This document shows positions 19,763 to 29,189 of a stretch of 64,000 nucleotides of DNA, in pieces. Each line of letters begins with the position of its first letter. Positions within the stretch are counted from its first letter, which is position 1. The stretch covers positions 800,001 to 864,000 of the forward strand of contig CAWGAA010000001.1 in NCBI GenBank assembly GCA_963820525.1, in the 5' to 3' direction. The position numbers and the translations under genes are program-made. The notes under the pieces are model-generated. The model saw only the letters and a list, made by a program, of their open reading frames with translations. It did not search any database and was not told the origin of the DNA. The DNA comes from an uncultured Spirochaetota bacterium. GTDB taxonomy: Bacteria > Spirochaetota > Spirochaetia > SZUA-6 > Fen-1364.

Positions 19763-20041
19763 ATGTATTTCGACATCGTTGATGCTGAATATATTAGAGA
19801 TTATGAAATCAAACTAAAATTCGCAGACGCTTCGGAAGGAACCGTTGATTTGTCATCCTATATAGATAAGGATACAGTTTTTAGAGCATTTCAAGATCTT
19901 GGCTATTTCAGAAACTTTCAAATAGAATATGGAACATTAGTCTGGGGACAAGGAGAGCTCGACCTTGCACCAGAGACTCTTTATACAATAGCAACTGGAA
20001 AACCGGTTAAGTTTCTTTCACAAAACAGGGCTATTTCATAA
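19763..20041 (+). CDS. DUF2442 family protein (putative TA antitoxin)
   Basis: IKLKFADASEGTVDL, GTLVW...LDLAPETLY. Confidence 0.88.
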   Translation: MYFDIVDAEYIRDYEIKLKFADASEGTVDLSSYIDKDTVFRAFQDLGYFRNFQIEYGTLVWGQGELDLAPETLYTIATGKPVKFLSQNRAIS

Positions 20042-20097
20042 ACTTATTTATTCAAGCTGCCTATTCTATCTGAACGAAATATCTGTTAAAGAGACCC

Positions 20098-20214
20098 GTA
20101 TAACATGCTGTTGTAGCAGACCGCTTGGACTACGCATCGTTACTGATAGCTACGCGTGTTAAAACCAATTGTACCTGGATGATGCGGCGCGGCTGCTCAA
20201 CCGCGTCGTTAGGC
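20098..20214 (+). repeat. attC site 17
   Basis: GTATAAC..AGCAGACCGC...GCGGCTGCTCAACCGCGTC GTTAGGC. Confidence 0.88.
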
Positions 20215-20261
20215 TCCTAATTCATTACTGCTTCAGCCTTCATATAAAAGGAGGTCAGGCT

Positions 20262-21383
20262 ATGTTAAATAAGATTATCAAAACAATGTTGTTGCTCTCA
20301 GTGGTTTCGTTTAATGGGTGCATTTCAGATACGAAAGCAATTATTTCAGAGGAAACCAATCCAAGTTTAAATGTAAGCCTCCATGGCTTTAACTTTGGTG
20401 CTTGGGAAAAGAGAGGTTGGGATTCATCATTACCCGTGGACGAGGGATTGCAGTTCGCGGTTGATGAAGGGGCTAATTTCCTTGCACTGGATTGGCCTGT
20501 TTGCTTTGAAGATAATGGTCATATTGTCCCAGATGGAGGAGATTTGCACCCACCATTCACTGACATTGAATCAGTGATTGAAAAAGCAAAAGCTTTGCGA
20601 CTCTATGTCATGTTGAAACCACACGTGACCATGACCGATATCGCACAAAATAGAAACTATTATAATACAGATATAAAAGTATTCCTGCCCGCCAATTTTT
20701 TCCCTGACTGGAAAGATTACTTGGTAGCGCTTGCGGACACGGCGCAGATAATGAACGTTGACGCGATATGCATTGGTACTGAAATAAACTGCCTCGATTG
20801 GATGTATCGGACAGAATGGCTAGATATAATTTCTACACTCAGGCTCTCTTATTCAGGGGACTTGACATATGATGCTGTGTTTACAGTTTGGTACGAGGTA
20901 AAGGGCATCAACAATGTTGTTTTTTGGGACGCATTAGATTTTATTGGCTGTTCTCTCTATGTTCCGATAACTCGAGACGACAACGCTAGCGTTACAGATA
21001 TAATGAAGGGCTGGACTAACAATCAGGTTGGCACAATAAAGAATATAGTGAAATACTTACAAGACATTTCGAAGCGTTATAATAAACAGATCATGGCATT
21101 AGAGGGAGGATATCAGAGCGTTTCCGGAGGACTTTTTAATGTAAATGACCCACCTAATGAAAACAGGGTCGCCAATAATGACCTTCAATTTCGTGGCCTT
21201 TCTGCATATCTTGAAGTATTGTATAAGAACAAGGGTACTTGGCTAAAAGGCATTAGCTTGTGGCAGATTTCTCCGGTTACAATGACTCCAATCGAGCTAA
21301 CTAAGATGTGGTATACACAAGAATTCACAGTGTATAAAAAGCCTGCTGCTGATGTCGTTAAACAGTATTACACAATGCAATGA
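20262..21383 (+). CDS. Putative GH113-like TIM-barrel glycoside hydrolase lipoprotein (cassette gene)
   Basis: RBS AGGAGG; lipobox-like FNGC; VMLKPHV, CIGTE, LTYDA, FWDALDFIG, EGGYQS, KPAADVV. Confidence 0.7.
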   Translation: MLNKIIKTMLLLSVVSFNGCISDTKAIISEETNPSLNVSLHGFNFGAWEKRGWDSSLPVDEGLQFAVDEGANFLALDWPVCFEDNGHIVPDGGDLHPPFTDIESVIEKAKALRLYVMLKPHVTMTDIAQNRNYYNTDIKVFLPANFFPDWKDYLVALADTAQIMNVDAICIGTEINCLDWMYRTEWLDIISTLRLSYSGDLTYDAVFTVWYEVKGINNVVFWDALDFIGCSLYVPITRDDNASVTDIMKGWTNNQVGTIKNIVKYLQDISKRYNKQIMALEGGYQSVSGGLFNVNDPPNENRVANNDLQFRGLSAYLEVLYKNKGTWLKGISLWQISPVTMTPIELTKMWYTQEFTVYKKPAADVVKQYYTMQ

Positions 21384-21457
21384 TGTTTTAAAGACCGCCA
21401 TATCACAAAGCATTAATGATTATTGATGTCCGAATACAAACAAAACTCAATTAGGAG

Positions 21458-22543
21458 CCTGAATTCAACCTCGAAGTGCAACGATTCTTATTTTTCATGA
21501 TACACCTCCTGGGGCGTTCTGTAGCCGTGCCGTTTTCTAGGCCTTGAGTTTAGGCTAAAGGCAATCTGCTCGCATAGAGCTTGAGTGACATCCCTCATGC
21601 AGGTTTTCTTTGGAAGATACTGACGGATCAAACCGTTTAGGTTCTCGTTGCTGCCTCGCTCCCAGGAATGATAAGGCGTTGCAAAGTAGCATTTCAGTTC
21701 GGAATGATCCTCCAGGGTCCTGTAGTCATGGAATTCTGTACCGTTGTCCAAGGTGAGTGTCTTGAAGTTGGCTACGTTCTCCCTAATAGCCGGCAGTGCT
21801 GCCTCTGTTACTGAGGCTGCTGTTCTTGAGCTCATTTTCCTTATGATAGCAAATCCCGACTTTCGTTCCACCAGAGTGAGGATGCAGTGATGAAGGTCCC
21901 TGCCCATGACGGTGTCGCCCTCCCAATGACCCAATTCTTTACGAGTTTCAACCTCTGGAGGCCTCGTTGAAATATGGCGTTTTCCTGGGAGAATTCCTCT
22001 TGAATCCCTTGAATTGTAACGTTTTCGCCGCAGTTTCGGCATGATTCGAAGGTTCTTAAATAGCGTTCCTCCATGTTTCTTATCGTTCAGGATGTACTTG
22101 TAGATGGTCTCGTGACTGATTGTGAATGATCCATTCTTCTTCTGGTAAGCAGATATCTGTTCAGGGCTCCATTTCTCTTTCAAAAGAACAGTTACTTGCT
22201 GCATTTGTTCTGGGCTGAAGCGCGAACCGCGCCTTTCACGTCGCCGTCTTGCAGTTGAATAGCTTTGGGCAAGCTCAGCTCGGTACCTCAAGTCATGGTT
22301 AGTTCGGTTTCGATGAAGTTCCCTGCTGATCGTGCTAGCTGAGCGACCTAGCTCACGTGCAATGTCAGCTTTAGATCTTCGGCTTACTAAAAAAGCTGTT
22401 ATGGTGTATCTTTCTTCTCGAGAGAGTTGGTGATAGTTATTCATGTATGAATCCCCTTTCTTGGCGGAAAATGGAGGCATACAATAATATCTCAGCTCTC
22501 TCATTTTTAATCCATATCGTTGCGCTTACTATTTGAACCTGCG
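21458..22543 (-). mobile_element. IS30-family IS, copy 3
   Basis: Matches copy 1; inserted at an R'' box. Confidence 0.9.
21488..22444 (-). CDS. IS30-family transposase
   Basis: Same protein as copy 1. Confidence 0.95.
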   Translation of the reverse strand: MNNYHQLSREERYTITAFLVSRRSKADIARELGRSASTISRELHRNRTNHDLRYRAELAQSYSTARRRRERRGSRFSPEQMQQVTVLLKEKWSPEQISAYQKKNGSFTISHETIYKYILNDKKHGGTLFKNLRIMPKLRRKRYNSRDSRGILPGKRHISTRPPEVETRKELGHWEGDTVMGRDLHHCILTLVERKSGFAIIRKMSSRTAASVTEAALPAIRENVANFKTLTLDNGTEFHDYRTLEDHSELKCYFATPYHSWERGSNENLNGLIRQYLPKKTCMRDVTQALCEQIAFSLNSRPRKRHGYRTPQEVYHEK

Positions 22544-22545
22544 AA

Positions 22546-22661
22546 GCCTAACATGCTGTTGGAGCAGACCGCTGGGACTACGCATCGTTACTGATTCTTG
22601 CGCGTGTTAAAGCAAATGTACCTATATGATTCGGCGCGGCTGCTCAACCGCGTCGTTATAT
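22546..22661 (+). repeat. attC site 18
   Basis: GCCTAAC...GTTATAT, same subtype as attC 17. Confidence 0.88.
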
Positions 22662-22729
22662 CTTCATATATTAATGTCTGATCTCGTAGAAGTAATTTTT
22701 ACTAATCCAATAATGAACAGAGGTATCAT

Positions 22730-23371
22730 ATGTTTGGTACCAATATAATGAAGACTCTACTCAAAGCTATTCTTAGTAAGGATACCCATACTGTTGAAAA
22801 GCTACTTACAAAAGCGTTATCGCGCTCAACATTCAATATTAATGATTCAGATGAATCGAAGGGACTTACTCCTTTGGTAGCGGCAGCTAGACTTAGTACT
22901 TATGAGATTTCCAAATTGTTAGTAGAAAATGGAGCAGATATTAATAAAGCTGGAAATGACGGGACTTTGCCTCTTGAATCAGCCTTTTTAAATGATAATC
23001 TTGATACTGCAAAGTTTCTATTAGAAAAAGGCGCTGATATCCATAAGACTAGAAAGGAATTCTGTCTACTCTCAACTGCTATAATGAGAAATCGAATAGA
23101 TATTCTAAAGCTCCTAACAAGAATTGGTCTTGATCCAAATGGCTCAGATACAAATTCACTTACACCGTTAATGTTATCTGCAAGAGATGGAAATATTGAA
23201 GCATTTCAAGTATTACTTGAAGCTGGAGCCGATATCCTTATTATTAGATCAGATTATGATGGAAATCAGCTAAATCTTTTAGATATTTTAGACCTTAATA
23301 TTTCAGGTACAAATGACAATGCCTTAAAGGACCGCTATTTTCAAATTAAGAAATTGATTATAAATCATTAG
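22730..23371 (+). CDS. Ankyrin repeat protein (cassette gene)
   Basis: GLTPLVAAA, LVENGADIN, GTLPLESA, LTPLMLSARDG, LLEAGAD. Confidence 0.9.
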   Translation: MFGTNIMKTLLKAILSKDTHTVEKLLTKALSRSTFNINDSDESKGLTPLVAAARLSTYEISKLLVENGADINKAGNDGTLPLESAFLNDNLDTAKFLLEKGADIHKTRKEFCLLSTAIMRNRIDILKLLTRIGLDPNGSDTNSLTPLMLSARDGNIEAFQVLLEAGADILIIRSDYDGNQLNLLDILDLNISGTNDNALKDRYFQIKKLIINH

Positions 23372-23444
23372 ATCTACACTGCATTCTAACTGAACTTTAT
23401 TTATAAGAGGTCAAATTTTGAATATAAATATTGAAATCCTGAAG

Positions 23445-23561
23445 ATATAACATGCGGTTGGAGTTGACCGCCTAGGCTACGCTCCGTGACTCATAACTAC
23501 GCGCGGTAAAGCCTATTGTACTTGGATGAATCGGGGCGGCAACTCAACAGCGTCGTTAGGC
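23445..23561 (+). repeat. attC site 19
   Basis: ATATAAC...GTTAGGC. Confidence 0.9.
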
Positions 23562-23609
23562 AGCCCCAAATTAGCAGAAATAGCCTTTTCCTAGCAGTGC
23601 TCTTTGTTC

Positions 23610-23638
23610 TTGACAGAGAATCAATTTATGGTTACATT
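23610..23638 (+). promoter_or_regulatory. Putative sigma70 promoter of the toxin-HTH pair
   Basis: TTGACA-17-TACATT, 5 nt before ATG. Confidence 0.65.
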
Positions 23639-23643
23639 AAGAT

Positions 23644-23897
23644 ATGTACAGAGTTCTGATGTCCAATCGAATTCTGAAGCAGATCGGGCGGATACCAGAA
23701 TACGTGCAGGTGAGTTTGGCCATCTTGATAGAACAATTACAAGAAAAAGGGCCTTTACAATACAAATGGGCAAGCTTGGCCCGAATAGGTATCACTGCCA
23801 CCTATCCCGAAACTGGGTGGCATGCTGGTACTGGCAAAAGGGAACCGTGGAGATAGAGGTTTACTATGTTGGCAGTCGTCAAAACGCCCCTTACTAA
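23644..23897 (+). pseudogene. Frameshifted RelE-like toxin
   Basis: N-half MYRVLMSNRILKQIGRIPE..KGPLQYKW; C-half KLGPNRYHCHL..EVYYVGSRQNAPY in another frame; shift near 23770. Confidence 0.7.
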
Positions 23898-24237
23898 TAT
23901 CAGAATTAAGGGTCGGATCTCTAACAAACTTATTGATGTTCTTATTCAAGAATATGGGAAAAGCGTCCATATTACTCATGATCCTGAAGATGAGAAGTTT
24001 GATGTATTTCAAACTGATTGGTATAAAAGAATAAAGCAGAAACTGACTCCAGGAACATATATTAAGGTCTTTCGTCAAAATAAAAATATGACTCAAGCTG
24101 ATTTAGGAAAAGCTTTAGGCGGACTTCCAAGACAGCATGTTTCAAATATGGAAAATGGTTCACGTCCTATAAGCAAAAAGATTGCACTTAAGCTTGCTAA
24201 GCTTTTCGATGTGTCCGTTGAAAAGTTCATTTCATAG
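23866..24237 (+). CDS. Xre-HTH antitoxin
   Basis: MTQADLGKALGGLPRQHVSNMENGSRPISKKIALKLA. Confidence 0.85.
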   Translation: MLAVVKTPLTNIRIKGRISNKLIDVLIQEYGKSVHITHDPEDEKFDVFQTDWYKRIKQKLTPGTYIKVFRQNKNMTQADLGKALGGLPRQHVSNMENGSRPISKKIALKLAKLFDVSVEKFIS

Positions 24238-24260
24238 AAACTATATGTGCTTTCGTGTCT

Positions 24261-24376
24261 GCCCAACATGCTGTTGGAGTTGACCCCTTAGCTTACGTTT
24301 GGAAAGTACAGCATACATTGCTAAACTGCCACTACCCTGCTTCGGGCGGCGGGGCAACTAAACAGCGTCGTTATCT
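24261..24376 (+). repeat. attC site 20 (last visible)
   Basis: GCCCAAC...GTTATCT, same subtype as attC 9. Confidence 0.88.
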
Positions 24377-24991
24377 GGCTATAAGCGGTTATATGATTTG
24401 GAATACGCGATATTCCATACTACCGACCGTGGACAAGAAAGACTTCCTCTGTCCTTCTTGCAGCCCATGAGCATTGCGGGCAAGCTGATCCTGGTTTCTC
24501 TCTTACAGGAAAAAATACGGCACGGTAGCTTTTCCTAATAGAGTCCATGCGAACAATCAGTGACAAATAGCTGCAATCGCTCAATCCCCCATAACCGCAT
24601 GGCCAGTCATCATCCCACAATCCTTTGGTATCGAGACGCTTCGTTCATGCTCCCCGACAATGCAGCACGTTTCGGATCCATTAGCCTCAGTGCATGGAGA
24701 ACCCAGTGTCGTACTGCTAGCTCTGAGACTTGCATGGCGTACCGTATTGGCATAACATTCAGAGCAGAACAATATATTAAAGGATAGTAAATGAATTATA
24801 ATCCAAATGTGTCACCTAATTTCGCTCTTTGGCTGGAACTTGATGAAGCAGAGCGCATAACGACTGTAATTGCGTATCACGAACGCAACAGAGAAAAACT
24901 TCCCAATCAAAGGCTGCATGCCACCATCCACGTAATAATAGAGAACCAGCTAGCCGAGCAGATCCCGGCGGTCACTGACGCGCTGACAAGG

Positions 24992-25556
24992 CTAAACCAC
25001 CCCCGACTTAAGTCGGGGGGTTTGCGCTTGTCGGCTAAAGCCGACTGGGGCCGACATCACGGTTCTACTTTGAAGTCGGCATCTTGGTCCCGCTCTGTGT
25101 CCTGCTGATTCTCGATGTAGCGGGCGATCATCTCTTCGGTCACGTTCCCTGTGCTCGCCACGAAATACCCGCGGGCCCAAAGATGCCTGCCCCAGAATGT
25201 TTTGTTCAACCCTTTGTTTTCCATGAGCAGCTTCCGTGATGTCAGCCCCTTCATGCGCTGCACGAGCCTGGATACCGATAGAGTCGGCGGCACGCTCAGC
25301 AGCAGATGCACGTGATCGCGGCTGATGTTCCCTTTCACGATCTCTACGTCCAGGCTCGCGCAAATCATTCGTATCAGATCTCTTACGCGGGTTCCTATCT
25401 CTTTCCCCAACACTGGCTTGCGGTACTTGGTGATCCACACTATATGATACTTCAAATCATAGACGCAGTGCGACGCTTTTCGATACTGCTTCATCGTACC
25501 GCAAGCCTACTAAAGTCTTCGTCTAAAGACGAGGGGGTTTCTCCCCGTAGGAGACT
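24992..25556 (-). mobile_element. IS200/IS605-family element (tnpA only)
   Basis: Subterminal hairpins CCCCCGACTTAAGTCGGGGG and TCGTCTAAAGACGA; CTAA at both junctions. Confidence 0.85.
25057..25494 (-). CDS. tnpA: IS200-type Y1 HUH transposase
   Basis: YHIVWITKYRK, DHVHLL, LWARGYF, YIENQ. Confidence 0.95.
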   Translation of the reverse strand: MKQYRKASHCVYDLKYHIVWITKYRKPVLGKEIGTRVRDLIRMICASLDVEIVKGNISRDHVHLLLSVPPTLSVSRLVQRMKGLTSRKLLMENKGLNKTFWGRHLWARGYFVASTGNVTEEMIARYIENQQDTERDQDADFKVEP

Positions 25557-26740
25557 CTAATGGCTGACGGCCTAGATCGTCATGAGGCAGTTCATGCAAT
25601 TGAGGCCGTCCCGTAACCTCTTCTGGAAGTAGCCAAACGGGAATTCAACAGGGGATCAGGTTTTCATTGAATGGATGCGTCCCTCATGTTATCATTTGGC
25701 CGGGAGGGGACGATGCCCGTCTTCAAAGACTACGACCAAGGCCAGGGAGTATTCCGATCCATCAAACCCAGCGAGCTTCTAGAGCCCGACCATCCGGCCC
25801 GTGTAATCGACAAAGTCGTGGAGATGCTGGATCTCAGTGAGATCTACGCCGATTACTCTGAAGAGGGAAATCCGGCTTACCACCCTCAGATGATGCTCAA
25901 GGTGCTTTTCTATGCGTACTACTGCGGCCTGATGAGCAGTCGAAAGATCTGGGAAGGCATGAAAGGCCGGGCCGACTTCATATTCCTCTCAGGGGATCAA
26001 GTGCCTGACTTCCGTACGATCAACGGCTTCCGGACCCGGCACATGAAGGCATTGCCGAAGCTTTTCTCGCAGATCGTGATGATCTGCGTGCGACTGGACA
26101 TGGTGGACTTTCAGCACTTGGCTATCGACGGGCAGAAGATCCAGGCGAACGCGAACTACAGACGCAGCAAGAACAGGAAGCGGACGAAGAAATCCTACCA
26201 GAAAGTGAAGGAAGCGATCGCGCGAGTGCTGCAGAAAGAGGTGAACGAGGATTTCACCGAGGAGAAGAAGGCTGAACGGCTGGAGAAGCTTCAGGGGCAG
26301 AAGGAAAACCTTCTTGCGCTGAAGAAGATGCTGGAAGGCATGGAGGACGAAGAGGCCACGGTGAACATGACCGACCCGGATGCCCAGGTAATGAAGCATA
26401 AAGATGGAAGAAGCCTGCCGAGCTACAATAACCAAAGTGCAGTGGATGGCAAGCTTGGTGTAGCATGCGCGGTTGCGACCCAGGATGAGTCTGACAAGCC
26501 CGAAGACCTCTTCTCCCTAGTTGACCAAGCAAAGGCAAACGCAGGACAGGGGCACGAGAAGGTACTGGCGGATCCTGCCTTCTGCGACTATGAGACTTTG
26601 CAGCAGGCGGAGTGCAAGCGCCAGGAGGAGTACTTCCTGCCGGACAAGCGGTTTGAGGTAACGGAAGGCGGCACGACGAGTCGGGGGAAATACGACAGCA
26701 ATAACTTCGAGAAGAAAGACGGGAATGTGGTCTGCCCTAA

Positions 26741-28482
26741 CCCGCATTTCTCACAAATGGATATGAAAAAGCCTTTCGCTCTGGTATAATTGCTTTGCAA
26801 CAAACAAAATAAACCAGAACAGAAAGGCTATACGATGCAAACAGACTGTACACCATCCCTGTTTAGCTTTCAAGACCTTGGCAAGAAAAAGGTAGTCGGA
26901 AACTTCGACGGAGGCGCGATCAGTTCCGATGCCGGCGCTCTCATTCTTCGAGAGGTTGAACGCGCCACAGGCATCATCAAAGCATTCGCGGGCTGTTTCA
27001 CAGACTATCGAGAGAAAGGCTATATCGAGCATTCCATCGAGCAATTGATAAGCCAAAGGGTATTCGGCATTTGCCTGGGATACGAAGACCTCAACGATCA
27101 CGACCAGCTGCGCAAAGATCCCGTTCTGGCTGCCGTTTGCGGGAAACTCGATGTCAACGGGGAAACGAGGAGGCAGAAACGGGACAGAGGCAAAGCCCTT
27201 GCCGGAAAAAGCACGCTGAATCGGCTTGAGACCGCCGGCGGGGCAAGCCTCTCTACGCATCGATACAAGAAAATCACGGTGAACGAAACAATGGTTGGGA
27301 TGTTCCTGGTGAACACATTCCTGGCCAGTTATGAGCAAGCTCCTGAAGAAATCGTGTTGGATCTGGATGCAACCGACGACCCTCTGCACGGCAATCAAGA
27401 GGGCAGGTTCTTTCATGGCTATTATGATTGTTATTGCTACCTGCCGTTGTACATCTTCTGCGGGGATCATCTTTTATGTGCGAAGCTACGTCCCTCCAAT
27501 ATAGACGCATGTTCGGGTGCCGAGAAGGAGTTGGCGAGGATCGTTGCGCAGATCCGTGAGCGATGGCCGCAGGTACGTATTGTTGTGCGGGCCGACAGCG
27601 GGTTCTGCCGGGAAGCGATCATGGTGTGGTGCGAGTCCAACGACGTGGATTTCCTGTTCGGAATCGCGAAAAACGCACGCCTCTTACGCAAGATCCGCAA
27701 GGAGCTTTCAGAAGCCCGTAGGCAGTATCTGTCCACTGGTGAGCCGTCGCGAAAGTACGCGGAGCTGATCTATCGGACGAAAAAGACATGGTCGAAAAGC
27801 AGACGTGTTGTCGCCAAGGCGGAGTATCTGCGCAAGGGAGAGAACCCTCGGTTTGTGGTGACTTCACTTATGCAGGACCGCTTCCCTGGCCAGCAGCTGT
27901 ACGAGCAGCTCTATTGTGCTCGCGGAGACATGGAGAATCGTATCAAAGAACAGCAGCTTTACCTTTTTGCAGATCGAACCAGTTCCGCCACGATGAGGGC
28001 GAATCAGCTTCGGTTGTGGTTCTCCTCTGCGGCCTACGTAATCATGAGTGCCCTCAGAAGGACCGCTTTGAAGGGGACAGAGCTGGCCTCGGCACAGTGC
28101 GACACGATTCGTTTGAAGCTATTGAAGATTGGCGCACAGGTGCGCGTCAGTGTGCGCCGGATCTATGTGAGCTTCGCAAGCGGTTATCCATATCAAGAGC
28201 TTTTCCGTCAGGTGATTCTGAGTATTCACGAACTCTCCCTTCAATCGGGTTAGCGTGTATTGAGCCTTGTCTTGAGTAGTTTATTGGGAGAAGACTGTCC
28301 TGAAGTCGCCGAATCTTCCCTTATGAGCTGTAAAGTGCGCTCAATCGGGCGATTGGACTGACTCGGGTCACGAAATCGATCTACGTGTAGGGGCTGACAG
28401 CAAGGAATAGACCGTTTTTCAAAGTTGAGCCCCGCCTCATGATGATCAGACTGCGCAGAGTGCCGTTTGTGAGAAATGCGGG
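26741..28482 (+). mobile_element. IS1380-family IS, divergent copy 3
   Basis: IR CCCGCATTTCTCACAAA; CTAA duplication. Confidence 0.92.
26835..28253 (+). CDS. IS1380-family transposase (paralogue of copies 1/2)
   Basis: Same motifs with many substitutions. Confidence 0.92.
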   Translation: MQTDCTPSLFSFQDLGKKKVVGNFDGGAISSDAGALILREVERATGIIKAFAGCFTDYREKGYIEHSIEQLISQRVFGICLGYEDLNDHDQLRKDPVLAAVCGKLDVNGETRRQKRDRGKALAGKSTLNRLETAGGASLSTHRYKKITVNETMVGMFLVNTFLASYEQAPEEIVLDLDATDDPLHGNQEGRFFHGYYDCYCYLPLYIFCGDHLLCAKLRPSNIDACSGAEKELARIVAQIRERWPQVRIVVRADSGFCREAIMVWCESNDVDFLFGIAKNARLLRKIRKELSEARRQYLSTGEPSRKYAELIYRTKKTWSKSRRVVAKAEYLRKGENPRFVVTSLMQDRFPGQQLYEQLYCARGDMENRIKEQQLYLFADRTSSATMRANQLRLWFSSAAYVIMSALRRTALKGTELASAQCDTIRLKLLKIGAQVRVSVRRIYVSFASGYPYQELFRQVILSIHELSLQSG

Positions 28483-29189
28483 CTAAGGGAAAGAGAATGG
28501 AGCTTAAAGCCGTGGTGAGCCATGATGACGGCCATACGGTGAGCACCTACGAAGGGCAGGAGTGTGAGAGCTGCCCTGAGCGCGAGAAGTGCACCAAAGG
28601 GAAGAAGAGAACGATTGCTGTCGACAGTCGTGAGCCATTTCGAGAGAAGATGAGAGAGAAGCTGCGCAGCGATCGCGGGCGGGAAACGTACATGAAGCGC
28701 CAAGGGATCGTCGAACCGGTGCACGGGGACGATCAGCAGAACAAGGGATGGAGACAACACCACCTGCGAGGCGAAGCGAAAGCGGCGCTTGAGTTCATGC
28801 TGGTACGAATCGCAACGAACCTGGGAAAGATCGCGAGATATCGGGCGATGCGGTTGATGGCGATCCCAATATGAAGGGCAACTGAGGGAACGATAGGGAA
28901 AAACATGATCGAATAAGGTTAATGGGCCGCGATAGCTCGCGGGCAGCGAAAGCTGGATAATGGCTCGATGCGAATTAAGGGAGGCCGGGAAAACCTGGAT
29001 AGGTTCTCAGACAGCCTCAATTACTTAATAGTCCGTTAGAATAGATTATTGTAACTTTCATAGAGAAGAATGGTGAATCAATAGAATTGATGCAAGAATT
29101 ACCTATTATTGATTATGGCAATTGAGAGACGAGATCCGCGTTTGAATAATATGTATTTCTCGATTGCGATGAACCTAAAGGAGGAAACA

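Larger units (their letters stand above)
84..24376 (+). mobile_element. Integron gene-cassette array (20 attC sites; continues beyond the left edge; no integrase in window)
   Basis: Repeated ~105-115 bp imperfect palindromes bounded by R''-like (..AAC) and R'-like (GTT..) boxes separate single genes, TA pairs or ORF-less units; each cassette's start is complementary to its end. Confidence 0.95.
24791..25601 (+). pseudogene. DUF1841-like gene interrupted by IS200 and truncated at IS1182
   Basis: LHATIHVIIENQLA..DALTRL | MADGLDRHEAVHAI is restored on removing IS200. Confidence 0.65.
25713..28874 (+). pseudogene. IS1182 transposase split by IS1380 (25713-26740 joined to 28487-28874)
   Basis: YHPQMMLKVLFYAY, PDFRTI, AIDGQKIQANA; the frame rejoins as CPKGKRMEL..RQGIVEPVHG. 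Confidence 0.88.
25602..29018 (+). mobile_element. IS1182-family IS containing a nested IS1380
   Basis: IRs GAGGCCGTCCCGTAACC / GGTTCTCAGACAGCCTC; AATT on both flanks. Confidence 0.85.

Noticed and set aside
23604..23897. 97 aa ORF as a complete toxin
   Set aside because: Its 5' part overlaps the promoter and the true N-terminus lies in another frame; it is the distal half of a frameshifted gene
84..24376. CRISPR array interpretation of the recurring TAACATGCTGTTGGAGTTGACCGCC repeat
   Set aside because: The repeats are ~110 bp imperfect palindromes with R boxes, separated by 290-1250 bp units with whole genes; no cas genes
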